A stretch of DNA of 64,000 nucleotides from an uncultured Candidatus Saccharibacteria bacterium (GTDB taxonomy: Bacteria > Patescibacteriota > Saccharimonadia > Saccharimonadales > Saccharimonadaceae): contig CALXTC010000016.1 in assembly GCA_944391325.1 (NCBI GenBank), positions 7,303 to 71,302 of the forward strand. Direction: 5' to 3'. The position numbers were made by a program, and so were the translations under genes. The notes under the pieces are model-generated. The model was given only the letters and a program-made list of their open reading frames with translations, was not told where the DNA came from and made no database searches. The number at the start of each line of letters is the position of its first letter. Position 1 is the stretch's first letter. This document shows positions 40,746 through 52,641 of this stretch, in pieces.

Positions 40746-41453
40746 ATGCAAGATTTCATCATCAACACGATGAATCAGTGGGGGTATCTAGGTGTTTTTC
40801 TACTGATCGCAATTGAGAATATTTTTCCACCAATTCCATCAGAAGTTATTTTGTTGTTTGGCGGGGCGCTGACAGCCGCAGCGCTAGGGGGCAAGCTAAG
40901 TATTTTTTGGATGATCGTGGCGGCAACATTGGCGTCGTTAGCTGGGGCAATTTTGTTGTATTACATTGGTAAAATATTAAAAACCGAGCGACTAAAGCGA
41001 ATTGTTTCGGGACGTGTAGGCAAGGTGCTGCGCCTGAAGCCGGCAGATATAGATCGGGCAGATAAGTGGTTTGACGAAAAGGGCAATATCACAGTCTTTA
41101 TTTGCCGGTGTGTTCCATTGTTACGTAGTTTAATCTCAATTCCAGCCGGTATGAGCGAGATGCCTATGGGCAAGTTTATACTATATACCGTCGTTGGGTC
41201 GACCATTTGGAACACAATCCTGGTGACAATTGGTCATAATTTGGGTAATAATTGGGAGTCTATCTTAGGTTTCTTTGACAACTTCTCGCACCTAGTTGTA
41301 GCGATTTGCGTTGTTATTGCTGTTGTGGTGCTAGTGTGGTGGTTTGGCTTTTATCGACGGGGCAAAAAGAGCGGCGGGAAAACACACACTGCTGCTAAGG
41401 CCTCCGAGACTAGTAGTAAAAACGACGATAATCATGAGCCGACAGGGAATTAG
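40746..41453 (+). CDS. DedA family membrane protein
   Basis: ENIFPPIPSEVIL, RCVPLLRSLISIPAG. Confidence 0.92.
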   Translation: MQDFIINTMNQWGYLGVFLLIAIENIFPPIPSEVILLFGGALTAAALGGKLSIFWMIVAATLASLAGAILLYYIGKILKTERLKRIVSGRVGKVLRLKPADIDRADKWFDEKGNITVFICRCVPLLRSLISIPAGMSEMPMGKFILYTVVGSTIWNTILVTIGHNLGNNWESILGFFDNFSHLVVAICVVIAVVVLVWWFGFYRRGKKSGGKTHTAAKASETSSKNDDNHEPTGN

Positions 41454-41462
41454 GGTTAAAAT

Positions 41463-41536
41463 TTGACAAAAATAACTAAATATGCTAGTATTGCAACATT
41501 AATACACCTGCTCTACAATGAGTAGGTGTATTTGCA
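41463..41536 (+). promoter_or_regulatory. Consensus promoter immediately followed by a 13-bp hairpin
   Basis: TTGACA (41463-68), 17 nt, TAGTAT (41486-91); AATACACCTGCTC/GAGTAGGTGTATT at 41501-41532. Confidence 0.55.
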
Positions 41537-41598
41537 TTTCTATCATGAGCTATATAGTAAAGACCTGCAAAAGTAGATATATTGTATAATAGCTGTGT

Positions 41599-41675
41599 GC
41601 TCCAGTAGCTCAGGGGATTAGAGCAGGTGGCTTCTATCCATCGTGTCGGGGGTTCGAATCCCTCCTGGAGTACCA
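41599..41675 (+). tRNA. tRNA-Arg(TCT)
   Basis: GCTCCAG/CTGGAGT acceptor stem, GGTGG-CTTCTAT-CCATC anticodon arm, GGTTCGAATCC, CCA. Confidence 0.93.
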
Positions 41676-41685
41676 GGGATTATTT

Positions 41686-41712
41686 AGAGGCTGGTGTGTG
41701 CCAGTCTCTTTT
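41686..41712 (+). terminator. Terminator after tRNA-Arg(TCT)
   Basis: AGAGGCTGG-TGTGTG-CCAGTCTCT-TTT. Confidence 0.75.
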
Positions 41713-41751
41713 GTTATAATTTAGCCATAAACGAAAATAAACAGGTAGTAA

Positions 41752-42333
41752 ATGCGAGATAATATAGCGTTAATTTTGAGTATAGCCGTCTTTGTGACTT
41801 TAGTCGCCAGTGTTTGTGTCAAACGACGACGGTTGTCCCTAAGCATTCAGGCAACTAGTTGTCTGATCGAAGCTTTATATTCATTTATAATCGGGGCTCT
41901 GACTGGCGCGGTTATCAATATAATTAACTTTATTCGGTCGGGGCTATTTATTAATCGAGATAAATTCGGCCGAATAGCCTACCTGTTCATCCTGCTGTTT
42001 TTTGATGCGATAATCTTGGCAAACTGTTATCTGACATGGGATGGTCCAGCATCATTGTTGCCGACCATTGGCTCGCTAGTCCGAACCTATTGCCTATGGC
42101 AAACGGATATGCGATTAGTGCGCGTTTCGGGGATAACTACCGGTCTATCCTACGGGGCGTACTATGCCATCTATGGTGGCTGGTTAATGGTGTTAGGCTA
42201 TGCCATCCTGCTAATTGTTGGTATCTACGAAATTATAACCAAGGACGTCACGGGACATCATCGTCGAGTTGCTAGTCGAGCCTCGGTGTATCATCGACGC
42301 TTGTGCTATCAGGAAGTGTCTAGTCGCCGTTAG
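41752..42333 (+). CDS. YgjV-like inner membrane protein
   Basis: Multi-TM; GALTGAVINIINFIR, TWDGPASLLP patterns. Confidence 0.7.
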   Translation: MRDNIALILSIAVFVTLVASVCVKRRRLSLSIQATSCLIEALYSFIIGALTGAVINIINFIRSGLFINRDKFGRIAYLFILLFFDAIILANCYLTWDGPASLLPTIGSLVRTYCLWQTDMRLVRVSGITTGLSYGAYYAIYGGWLMVLGYAILLIVGIYEIITKDVTGHHRRVASRASVYHRRLCYQEVSSRR

Positions 42334-42334
42334 C

Positions 42335-43222
42335 CTAGGAATCTAATAGCCCCGCCACAATTGGGGCGTGGTCGGATAGACTGCGAGCTTGATTGATGTC
42401 CAGGCTATGGCTCCAGCCGTCAAAGGCGTATTCGCGCCCATAACTAAAACCGTAGTTAAACAAAAAGTCGATTCGACGTTCGGGCGTGCGATGAAGGTTG
42501 AAGCGTTGGTGACTGTCGATAATTGGTCCATGGGTAAAGGATGTGCCATAGGGGGTTGGCCCGCCTAATTGCTGAACCAAATCCTGAGCTTCTACCCAGT
42601 AGGTTGACTGGCCATCAATCAGCAAATTGCCGTGAAGATACTGAATGGCTGGCTCGTCGGGTAGGGCATTGAAATCGCCGCCCAGTATCACGGCATTGCC
42701 TTTGGCTCTGGCGAAGTTATCGATTGAGTGTATTTGTTCTAGGCGTTTAGCCTGGGCAAATACGCCCCAGTGACCATGATAAGAAATGACAGTCAGGACA
42801 TCTGTTCCGTAGTCCAGCGGTGATTCGTATTGATGATTGTCCTGATTGCCGATATATTTAACGGGCCGTTTGACCAAGGGAGCTTTGCTGGTTGGCAGTA
42901 AATCAATTGACATAGCCTGAAATGCCTCGTCGATATGCTGATCTGTATTAATCTCGATGAAATAGTGAGGGTCGTAGGCGACGCCTATACCAGATGCGTC
43001 CCCGGTAGTCGGATTGCCAGGTTGTAGTCTGATGACATAACCGTTCTGGCTAAATGCCTCAATTGTTTGAGCAGCAAACTGATCGCTTGTTTCCTGCAAC
43101 AGAACGATGTTGGCCCCAATCTGTTTAATAAAGGCTGCTATGTTAAAAATACGCTGTTCATATCTATGCTTCCACAAAATATTCCAGGTCAGAATTTTGT
43201 ATTTTGTTTGCAAATTGGTCAT
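42335..43222 (-). CDS. Endonuclease/exonuclease/phosphatase (EEP) family protein
   Basis: ILTWNI, LLQE, GGDFNA, RIDF, SDHAP; start refined to ATG 43222. Confidence 0.88.
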   Translation of the reverse strand: MTNLQTKYKILTWNILWKHRYEQRIFNIAAFIKQIGANIVLLQETSDQFAAQTIEAFSQNGYVIRLQPGNPTTGDASGIGVAYDPHYFIEINTDQHIDEAFQAMSIDLLPTSKAPLVKRPVKYIGNQDNHQYESPLDYGTDVLTVISYHGHWGVFAQAKRLEQIHSIDNFARAKGNAVILGGDFNALPDEPAIQYLHGNLLIDGQSTYWVEAQDLVQQLGGPTPYGTSFTHGPIIDSHQRFNLHRTPERRIDFLFNYGFSYGREYAFDGWSHSLDINQARSLSDHAPIVAGLLDS

Positions 43223-43290
43223 GCTTAAATTATACAGCAATAGCCTAGCGTGGTGGTGATATAATAACTACTGGTAAAAACGCAATCTAA

Positions 43291-44583
<1,293 letters not shown>

Positions 44584-44608
44584 CAACTAAGATCGGCGTT
44601 AACTTGGC

Positions 44609-44637
44609 AAAATACACCTCATAACGAGGTGTATTTT
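44609..44637. terminator. Intrinsic terminator after eno
   Basis: AAAATACACCTC-ATAAC-GAGGTGTATTTT. Confidence 0.85.
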
Positions 44638-44673
44638 GTTGTTGCCCTTTAGACGCAATACTAATGTGCTAAG

Positions 44674-44754
44674 TTGATTGGTACGAGAAGCTACTATATC
44701 GATCTTGGCTCATCGACCATAAAAGTATATTACTGTAATAACGATTCAAAATAG
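44674..44754 (+). pseudogene. Remnant of an ASKHA-family (Ppx/GppA-like) gene 5' end
   Basis: Manual translation (TTG)IGTRSYYIDLGSSTIKVYYCNNDSK* contains the phosphate-1 motif IDxGSSTxK. Confidence 0.45.
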
Positions 44755-46563
44755 TTATTCCGTATCTACAGCTGGCTGGATGTGCAATTCCTTTAGCTGA
44801 GAGTCAAAGACGGTTGATGGTGAATTCATCATTAAATCCATGCCAGAACCATTTTTTGGAAATGCGACGATGTCGCGAATGTTGTCGGTGTTTTCCATCA
44901 CCATGAAGATGCGGTCTAGGCCATAGGCGCAACCAGCGTGTGGTGGAGCACCATACTTAAAGGCGTTCAGCATAGCTCCGAACTTTTGATCAACATACTC
45001 TTTATCATAGCCCAATAGCCCAAACACCTGGTACATAATGTCTGGGTTATGGTTGCGTACGGCGCCACTACAGACTTCATAACCGTTCATAACCATATCG
45101 TATTGATCGGCGGTGATGGCTAGTTTTTGCTCGTCAGTAGTGGCGTTTTGCAGAGCCTCTAATCCGCCACGGGGCATTGAAAATGGGTTGTGGCCAAAGT
45201 CGACCTTGCCCCTACTTTCGTCATATTCGTAAAACGGAAAGTCTGTCACCCAGCATAGTGCGACCTCGTCATCATGCTTTAGTCCCTGGTGATCGGCAAA
45301 GGCGATGCGCAGTTTACCTAAAACTTTATTGACTAGTGGACGCTTGTCGGCGCCAAAGAAAACAATATCGCCATCGGTTGCGCCAGTGCGTTCAGTAATT
45401 GATTTCAATTCGTCCTCGCTTAGGAACTTGGCAATTGGACTCTTAATCTCGCCGTCCCTATAGGTCAGGTAGGCTAATCCGCCAGCACCCTCTTTCTTGG
45501 CCAGTTCAGTAAAGTGGTCAATCTGACTACGAGTTAAATCTGCGCCACCTTTGACGCAAATAGCCTTGACGCATTCAGCGTTTTTGAACACGCCAAACTG
45601 AGTATCCTTTAGAGTGTCAGTTAGTTCAACCAGTTCCATCCCATAGCGTAGGTCAGGCTTATCGGTGCCGTATCGCTCCATGGACTCGGCAAAGGAAATG
45701 CGTGGAATAGCGGTCGGATCGGCTGAATAATCTTTGTCGGCAGATTTATATGTGTTAACTAATTTCTTGTGGCCAAAGCTTTGGCATAGATCTAGAATTA
45801 GTGGATCCATGGTGCTGCGGACGGTTTCGCCATCATCGACAAAGCTCATCTCGCAGTCTAGCTGGTAAAATTCGCCATACAGTCGATCGGCTCGGGGGTC
45901 TTCATCGCGGAAACAGGCGGCAATCTGGTAATAGCGAGGAACGCCGCCGACCATCAATAGTTGCTTGAACTGCTGTGGCGCCTGGGGAAGAGCATAATAT
46001 TTACCGTTGTGTAGTCGGGAGGGGATCAGAAAATCACGAGCACCCTCAGGGCTGCTGTTGGCTAGAATTGGCGTCGCCACCTCGGTGAAGTCATGCTCCT
46101 CCATATATTTGCGAATAATGCGATAAAACTTGTCGCGGTCAGCAATCATTCGCTGCATGGATGGCCGACGTAGATCTAGAAAACGATATTTTAGGCGCAT
46201 TTCCTCGCCCGATTGTTGACCCTCATCTCTGGTCGCAACGGGTAGTGGCTCGCTGCGGTTTAATACTTCCAGTCTATTGGCGACGATTTCAATCTTGCCC
46301 GTGGCGATGTTGGGGTTTTCTAGTCCCTCACCCCGTTCGCGAACCTGGCCAGTTGCCGATATACAGAACTCATCACGCAGCCCCTCGGCCGTATGGAACA
46401 TATCTGCCTGATCGGGGTTAAAGACCAGCTGAACTAATCCAGTGTGATCGCGCAGATCGACAAAAATAACACCACCATGATCACGGCGTGAATTAACCCA
46501 GCCAGACACCTTGACAGTTTGCCCGACTAAATCGGGCGTTTTACTCGCTAATGTTCTATCCAT
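44755..46563 (-). CDS. aspS: Aspartate-tRNA ligase (likely non-discriminating Asp/Asn)
   Basis: RRDHGGVIFVDLRD (His typical of the ND type), PEGARDF, LPQAPQQFKQ, GAPPHAG. Confidence 0.96.
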   Translation of the reverse strand: MDRTLASKTPDLVGQTVKVSGWVNSRRDHGGVIFVDLRDHTGLVQLVFNPDQADMFHTAEGLRDEFCISATGQVRERGEGLENPNIATGKIEIVANRLEVLNRSEPLPVATRDEGQQSGEEMRLKYRFLDLRRPSMQRMIADRDKFYRIIRKYMEEHDFTEVATPILANSSPEGARDFLIPSRLHNGKYYALPQAPQQFKQLLMVGGVPRYYQIAACFRDEDPRADRLYGEFYQLDCEMSFVDDGETVRSTMDPLILDLCQSFGHKKLVNTYKSADKDYSADPTAIPRISFAESMERYGTDKPDLRYGMELVELTDTLKDTQFGVFKNAECVKAICVKGGADLTRSQIDHFTELAKKEGAGGLAYLTYRDGEIKSPIAKFLSEDELKSITERTGATDGDIVFFGADKRPLVNKVLGKLRIAFADHQGLKHDDEVALCWVTDFPFYEYDESRGKVDFGHNPFSMPRGGLEALQNATTDEQKLAITADQYDMVMNGYEVCSGAVRNHNPDIMYQVFGLLGYDKEYVDQKFGAMLNAFKYGAPPHAGCAYGLDRIFMVMENTDNIRDIVAFPKNGSGMDLMMNSPSTVFDSQLKELHIQPAVDTE

Positions 46564-46613
46564 AGTTAAAAATCCTTTCTAAATGCTTATCTGTATTTTA
46601 TCATATTTAACCG

Positions 46614-47513
46614 CTAGTGGCTGACTGCGTCGGTTGTGGTTGGACAGACTGGCTCATGGGCTAGAATATCTGTCAAATTAACCATGCCATAAACTTTTTT
46701 ATTTTTCATAACAACGGCCACTGTTGTTTCATTTTCTGCCATTAATTGCAGGACAGCAGTGATGGTTGTGTCGTGCTCGCAGGTGACAAAATTGCGGTGC
46801 ATACTATTGATCAGGTTCTTTTCGGTTTGACCAATGGTGGATATATCCATGAAGTGTAGTAAACCAACGACATCATTTTCGTCATTGCGAATTACGGGGA
46901 AAATCTTTTGCTGACTTTGGAACAATTCGTCGATAGTCTTAGGTGTTAGCTTCTCGCGATAGCCAATTTTATGTATGTCCGCCCATTTGGTGGCTAATTT
47001 ATCGACAGTCAGACTGCGTAATTGGATAATCTTTTCAATGGCCAACTGGGTGGGGCAGTCGATATGGCTACTTCGCAGAATCTCAATTAATTCATCAGTG
47101 TCCTCGACTGGCTCGACTGAGCGCTTGACAACCAGACTATTTAAAACGCCGGTCCAACCGAAATATTTAACCAATAAGCCAGCCTGGGCAATAATGAATT
47201 GATCGGTTAAGGCGACCAGTCTAGCCCCCAGCAGGTGGGCCAGGGCAATGACAACTAGTGCAATAAAGCAACCAGCCCAGATGCCCCAGGTAATGGCGCA
47301 TAGACAGGCAATCCAGATCATAGCTAACAGTGAGATTAAATTAATAAACAATTCAAAGCCGGGGTATATGTCGATAAATTTGGTAACAGCTTTGGCCTTT
47401 TTGCCGGTAGCCCCCAGGGATTTAATGGCACTCTTGTTGTGGTCAGTCCTAAACTCAACGCTAGCAATAGCAGTTACTAGAATGGTTAAAATAATAATCA
47501 GAAAAACGTTCAT
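46614..47513 (-). CDS. CNNM/CorC-like membrane protein with a CBS pair (divergent)
   Basis: 3 N-terminal TM; FPVI...VVGLL and VYGMVNLTDIL CBS motifs. Confidence 0.65.
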   Translation of the reverse strand: MNVFLIIILTILVTAIASVEFRTDHNKSAIKSLGATGKKAKAVTKFIDIYPGFELFINLISLLAMIWIACLCAITWGIWAGCFIALVVIALAHLLGARLVALTDQFIIAQAGLLVKYFGWTGVLNSLVVKRSVEPVEDTDELIEILRSSHIDCPTQLAIEKIIQLRSLTVDKLATKWADIHKIGYREKLTPKTIDELFQSQQKIFPVIRNDENDVVGLLHFMDISTIGQTEKNLINSMHRNFVTCEHDTTITAVLQLMAENETTVAVVMKNKKVYGMVNLTDILAHEPVCPTTTDAVSH

Positions 47514-47570
47514 GCCTTGATTGTATCATCTATGGTATAATCAGGGGAAATTTGGGAGGAAAATAGGGGA

Positions 47571-48359
47571 ATGAATAAACGATTATGGGTTGTTTTAGGT
47601 GTGCTGGTGCTGGCCGTTTTTGGCGGATTGCTATGGTACAAAAATGTCAGCGAGAGCACCGACCAGTTGGCTTATGTTGATCGACTAGATGGAACCAAGC
47701 TAATCACTCGGGATGATGTTGTTGCAGCTAAGGAAGCTGAGCTGGGTCGTTCGCTGACTGATGAGGAAAAGGACAACATCATTGCCGACCACTATGACGG
47801 CCCAACTGACGCCAAGGTCGTTGTGATTGAATGGGAAGATTTTGCCTGTTCGCATTGCCAGGCTTTTCAAACCTATGCTGAAAAGATCAAGGAAGATTAC
47901 AAGGACCGAGTGCTGTTTATTGTCCGTGATTTCAGTCTGAACTATCCCAACTCGGTGGCGACGCTGAGTGCTGGCAACGCCGTGGCTAAGCTGGGTGGCA
48001 ACGAGGCCTTTTGGAAGATGAGTGAGCAACTATTTAAGGACGAAAAATGGATTAGTCAGGCTGTGCCAACTAGCGAACGTAAAGCATTATTTGAGGAATA
48101 CGCCAAAAACGCTGGTGTTAATATTGACGATTTCAATAGTCTAATTAACAATATCGCCAACAATGGTATCGAGGAGAAAATCGATCGGGACAAGCGGTTG
48201 GGCGAAAATATGGGGGTGACTGGTACGCCAACCTGGATGGTGAATGGCGAGACTGTCGAAACCCTGTCCGAGTCGGACATCCGTGCGGCTATCGAGGCAG
48301 CCCTGCAGGAGGCCGAGGGCAATAGCGATGAGTCGGCAGATGCGACTAACGAATCATAA
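47571..48359 (+). CDS. DsbA/thioredoxin family protein
   Basis: N-terminal TM; EWEDFACSHC; GVTGTPTWMVNG. Confidence 0.9.
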   Translation: MNKRLWVVLGVLVLAVFGGLLWYKNVSESTDQLAYVDRLDGTKLITRDDVVAAKEAELGRSLTDEEKDNIIADHYDGPTDAKVVVIEWEDFACSHCQAFQTYAEKIKEDYKDRVLFIVRDFSLNYPNSVATLSAGNAVAKLGGNEAFWKMSEQLFKDEKWISQAVPTSERKALFEEYAKNAGVNIDDFNSLINNIANNGIEEKIDRDKRLGENMGVTGTPTWMVNGETVETLSESDIRAAIEAALQEAEGNSDESADATNES

Positions 48360-48389
48360 CGTCTGACAGTCTTACGCTCCATACACAAA

Positions 48390-48436
48390 CCTCCCTTTGG
48401 TTAAAGGGAAGCAGGTGCTCGCATCGGTGGGATTGT
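48390..48436. repeat. Degenerate REP-like palindromic element between convergent genes
   Basis: TCCCTTT-GGTT-AAAGGGA hairpin followed by GGTGC-TC-GCATC and GGGATTGT; single copy in the window. Confidence 0.3.
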
Positions 48437-48451
48437 AGTCTCAGCGACTAA

Positions 48452-50275
48452 CTACTTACGATTCATTCGTTTGCGCTTGATAGGATCTAGCTCAATCTTG
48501 CGCAGACGAAGACTCTTGGGCGTCACCTCTAATAGTTCATCGTCCTCAATGAAGTCCAGGCATTGCTCTAGAGACATCTGAGTGTAGGGTGTTAATTGAA
48601 TAGCACCGTCGCTAGATTTGCTACGCATATTAGTCAGCTGCTTGCCCTTGCAGACGTTTATTTCCAAATCTTCCTTGCGCTTATTCAGGCCAACAATCTC
48701 GCCAGCATATACTTCGGTGCCTGGGCCAATATATAGTTCGCCACGAGCCTCGGCATTAGATAGGGCATAGGCAGTGGAAACTCCCTGCTCGGCGGCAATT
48801 AATACGCCATTGCGTAGTCCAGTTAGCGGCGCGCCAAGCGGCTCGTAGCCAGCCGGCAATGAATTCATAATAACTGTTCCCTTGGTGGCGGTTAATAGAA
48901 TGTTGTGTAGGCCGATTAAGGCGCGAGAGGTGATGCGATAAGTGGCGCGAACTTGCCCCTGACTAGTGGTTTCCTGGCTTAACAACTCGGCATGTCGGGC
49001 GCCCAACTCCATGGATACGTTGCCTAGAAATTCTGGGCCGACCTCAACAAATAGTTCTTCAATAGGCTCTAACTTCTGGCCATTTTCCTCTCTCAGGACT
49101 ACTTGGGGTCGCCCAACCTCAAACTCATAGCCCTCGCGACGCATCGCCTCGATTAAAACAGACAAATGCAATTCGCCACGACCACTGACCTTAAAACCAA
49201 TGCCGTCTGGCTCAACCTGTAGTGCTACATTGGTTTCTAGCTCGCGATTTAGGCGATCGGCAATTTGACGTGAAGTATTGAATTCACCCTCGCGCCCCTT
49301 GAACGGCGAAGTATTTGGCCCTAGATAAATTGAGATCGTTGGCTTTTCAATCTCAATGCGGGGCAGCGGGGTCGGATCACTGGGGTCAGTAATGGTTTCG
49401 CCAATTTTGGCGTCACCAATGCCCGTGACGGCAACAATGTCGCCAGCTACGTCCTCACTGGCTTCCTGTCGATTTAGTCCGTGATAGGTAAATAGTTTGT
49501 CGATTTTGGCAGGTTTAATATTATCTTCACGATCAATTAGGCTAATTGCCATGCCGGCCTTGACAGTGCCGCGTTCGACTCGCCCCAGGGCGTATTTGCC
49601 TAAGAAACTGTCGTATTGCAACGAAGTGATTAGCATGCGGAACGGACCGTCAATGTCCACCCGTGGAGCTGGTATCTGGTTAATGATAGCCTGAAAGATT
49701 GGCGTTAAGTCGGCTGGCGCAGATGGGTCAGCTGGCATTTCTGTCCACGCCTTGCCGTCGCGACCAATGGCGTAATAAATGGGGTAGTCTAACTGGTCGT
49801 CAGTGGTGGCGAGCTCTAGAAATAGGTCGGCAATCTCGTCTTTGACCTCGTCAATACGTCGGGCTGGTTTGTCAATCTTGTTGATAATGACTAGCGGTTT
49901 TAGCCCTAGTTCCAGTGCTTTAGACAAAACAAACTTGGTCTGCGGCATCGGCCCCTCGGCGGCATCGACAATCAGTAAAACGCCGTCAGCCATTTGCAGG
50001 GTGCGTTCAACCTCACCGCTAAAGTCGGCGTGCCCCGGGGTATCAATGATGTTAATTTTGTAGCCATCGTAAGTAATGGCGGTAGTTTTGGCGGTAATGG
50101 TGATACCGCGCTCGCGCTCCTGGTCGCCACTATCCATGATTAGCGTCTCACCCATTTCCTGGGCGTTGTCGCGAAAGGTGTGGGACTGCTTTAACAGGCC
50201 GTCCAATAATGTCGTCTTGCCATGGTCAACATGGGCAATAATGGCAATGTTTCTAATCTTGTCTGGTGTGAACAT
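48452..50275 (-). CDS. typA: Translational GTPase TypA/BipA
   Basis: [43 protein letters not shown]. Confidence 0.97.
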   Translation of the reverse strand: MFTPDKIRNIAIIAHVDHGKTTLLDGLLKQSHTFRDNAQEMGETLIMDSGDQERERGITITAKTTAITYDGYKINIIDTPGHADFSGEVERTLQMADGVLLIVDAAEGPMPQTKFVLSKALELGLKPLVIINKIDKPARRIDEVKDEIADLFLELATTDDQLDYPIYYAIGRDGKAWTEMPADPSAPADLTPIFQAIINQIPAPRVDIDGPFRMLITSLQYDSFLGKYALGRVERGTVKAGMAISLIDREDNIKPAKIDKLFTYHGLNRQEASEDVAGDIVAVTGIGDAKIGETITDPSDPTPLPRIEIEKPTISIYLGPNTSPFKGREGEFNTSRQIADRLNRELETNVALQVEPDGIGFKVSGRGELHLSVLIEAMRREGYEFEVGRPQVVLREENGQKLEPIEELFVEVGPEFLGNVSMELGARHAELLSQETTSQGQVRATYRITSRALIGLHNILLTATKGTVIMNSLPAGYEPLGAPLTGLRNGVLIAAEQGVSTAYALSNAEARGELYIGPGTEVYAGEIVGLNKRKEDLEINVCKGKQLTNMRSKSSDGAIQLTPYTQMSLEQCLDFIEDDELLEVTPKSLRLRKIELDPIKRKRMNRK

Positions 50276-50454
50276 AAAAATATCGTGCCAACCTTAAAAA
50301 TAGGGCACTCTCCTTGACAGATATACTATCACATTGTCCCGATATAGTGAAGGAATTCTATTGGGCGGCAGGAACTAATTTTGTCGTTGCAGCCAATGTG
50401 CTTGAACTGATTTAGTCTGACTAATCGTTTCTTAAGTATTTCGTTATTTTAGTT

Positions 50455-52529
50455 TTACATGTAGCTACGGCGTCTAATTTTACTCCACAACCAAATCAGT
50501 GGCTTTAAGATGCCGAGATGATAATACTTAAAGTAAGCTGCTGACCATGTGTTCGGTGTAAAGATGACGTTATGCAACATGTTGCGTGGATGTCGCAGTA
50601 GTCGTAACCAGAATTTGGTTAGTGAGGCTGAAGTGTCGGCTAGTGGCACCCTGTTTTCATCAACAAAACCAAAATCATAATTAATGCTGCCAATGATATT
50701 AACTTCGTCTCTAGTTGGATGTGTTATTAGGCGTTCCAGCTGTGGTCGCGTTACTTTTGCGAAAGTATACAATGGACTACCTGATGTGCTCCTAAAAAGT
50801 TGCTCACCTTTCTGGAAACCGATAGTGATTTGTTCTAATCGGGCTTTATCCTCGGGAAATTGAACTTTGTTGGTGTATGCGTATTCCCAGATGACTGCAT
50901 TCCAAATAGGATGATTTTGATGGCTAAAAACGTTCTTCATTAAATACCCGCGACTAATGATAGGCTTTATGCCGTAACGATCAACAAAGTGATCGCCAAT
51001 ATAGAGTCCTGATATTCTATTGTTAATTCCCTCTAGGCGAAAAATCTCTCGCAAAATGACCTGTATTGTTCCACCCCAACCTACATCGGTTATCACAATT
51101 TCTTCGTCATTAATTGGATAAAATTGTCTTAAGTAATCATAGGATTTTTTAAGTCTCTTAGTCTGTTGTGTCGTTGCGTTGCGAATATTCTGGACAAATG
51201 CCTTTAAGAAGTCTTCGTTGCTCTGGGTGTTAATATTTAATTCGCTATATGGGTAATTTTTATCAAAGAAGAATTCATACAGTTCGCGACGCCGACCGTT
51301 TATTTCACCCATACATAGAGTGGCGAAAATGGACTCGGCGTTATAATCAACGTTTGGGCTTGTCGCCAATAGATAAGCATAGGCACGAAAGACGCAACGC
51401 CGATTGAGCTTATCAGCGACAACTATATTGGGACTACTGAAGAGGCTGGGGAACAGTAATTTTCCCTTGCGATAGAATTCCTTGGCTTCGGAGCTAACCA
51501 TTAGAAAGGTAGCGTTTGGACAATGTTGCGCAGCGATGCCGATATGCATGATGAAGTCATATAGTGGCTGAGAGAATAGAATTCCAAAGCTTTGCCAAAC
51601 TTGATTTGGCGTCTTGTGTTGTTTCTGCAACAAGTTTTTATATAGTGCCTCGTCGTGGCGAATAATTTGTTGATTAATTCTATGGACCTGTGCTATGCCA
51701 AGTTTTGTTCGTATGCGCCGTAGCCTGGGCTGATGCCATAACAGGGCGGCACTGCCGGCAAATTTAGCCTTGTCTACATCGGCGTTTTGATTGTCGCCGA
51801 TGTGAAGATTGTGCGATATGTCAAAGTTGTTGCCAAAAATGTGCTGGTTGTGAACAACACTGTATGCTTGGCCATCATACTTGCCGTAGCCTAAATCTAC
51901 AGATGAAATTCCATCGTCAAAAATTGTGATACGAAAGGCGTCTAGAAGAAACTTTATTTGGCTTGCGGTAAGATACATATCGGAAATGAAATATACCTTG
52001 AGATGATAGCGTTTCTTTAAATATTCTATTAAGCTAATGAGCTGTTTGTTTGGATATAAATTTTCAATCTCGGTTTGTAACTCGATGTCACACATAGTTG
52101 CAACCAGTTTTGATGCTTTATCATCAGCCAGGCGCTTGTTATATTTTAGCGATAGTAATTTTATTAATTCACTAAACCAATCACGCAATGTAACGTCATA
52201 GCGTGGTTTATTGGTGCTGTCGGAGTTGTTAATTTGTTTAGCGTATGAGTTCTTTACATCTAGTAGCTCGTTGCGAGCATAGATGCGCCAAGATAGCACC
52301 TCTTCTGCAGTGATGTTTGGCGAGATAGAGTCATTGATTAATGGTAACCAGTGTTTGGCTACTAGATAGAATTGTTTTTCTTCTGGCCAGACACGCCGAT
52401 ATAGTACTGTGTCAAAAATATCTAAGGTAATGCTACCGATTTGGGCTGATTGAATTAACGACTCAACTTGCCTCTGGTATCGCCTGGATGAAACCGAACT
52501 GCGGGGGGGGTATTTGTGGAATTATTCAT
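50455..52529 (-). CDS. HAD-superfamily hydrolase (glycan-locus type), frameshifted at a C8 tract (G8 at 52503-52510)
   Basis: Frame is open upstream of the listed start through ITLDIFDTVLYR (motif I); ISDMY, HIGDN..AD, DVGWGGTIQ motifs. ATG 52529 comes into frame if the tract is C9. Confidence 0.75.
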
Positions 52530-52641
52530 ACTATAGATTCAAAGAATTAATTGTCAGAATATCTTAAGTATCCTCAGATGAGAATTTTATATCACCATAC
52601 CGATATTATTGCAACTGTGCTATACTGTGAGTTGTTGGTAT

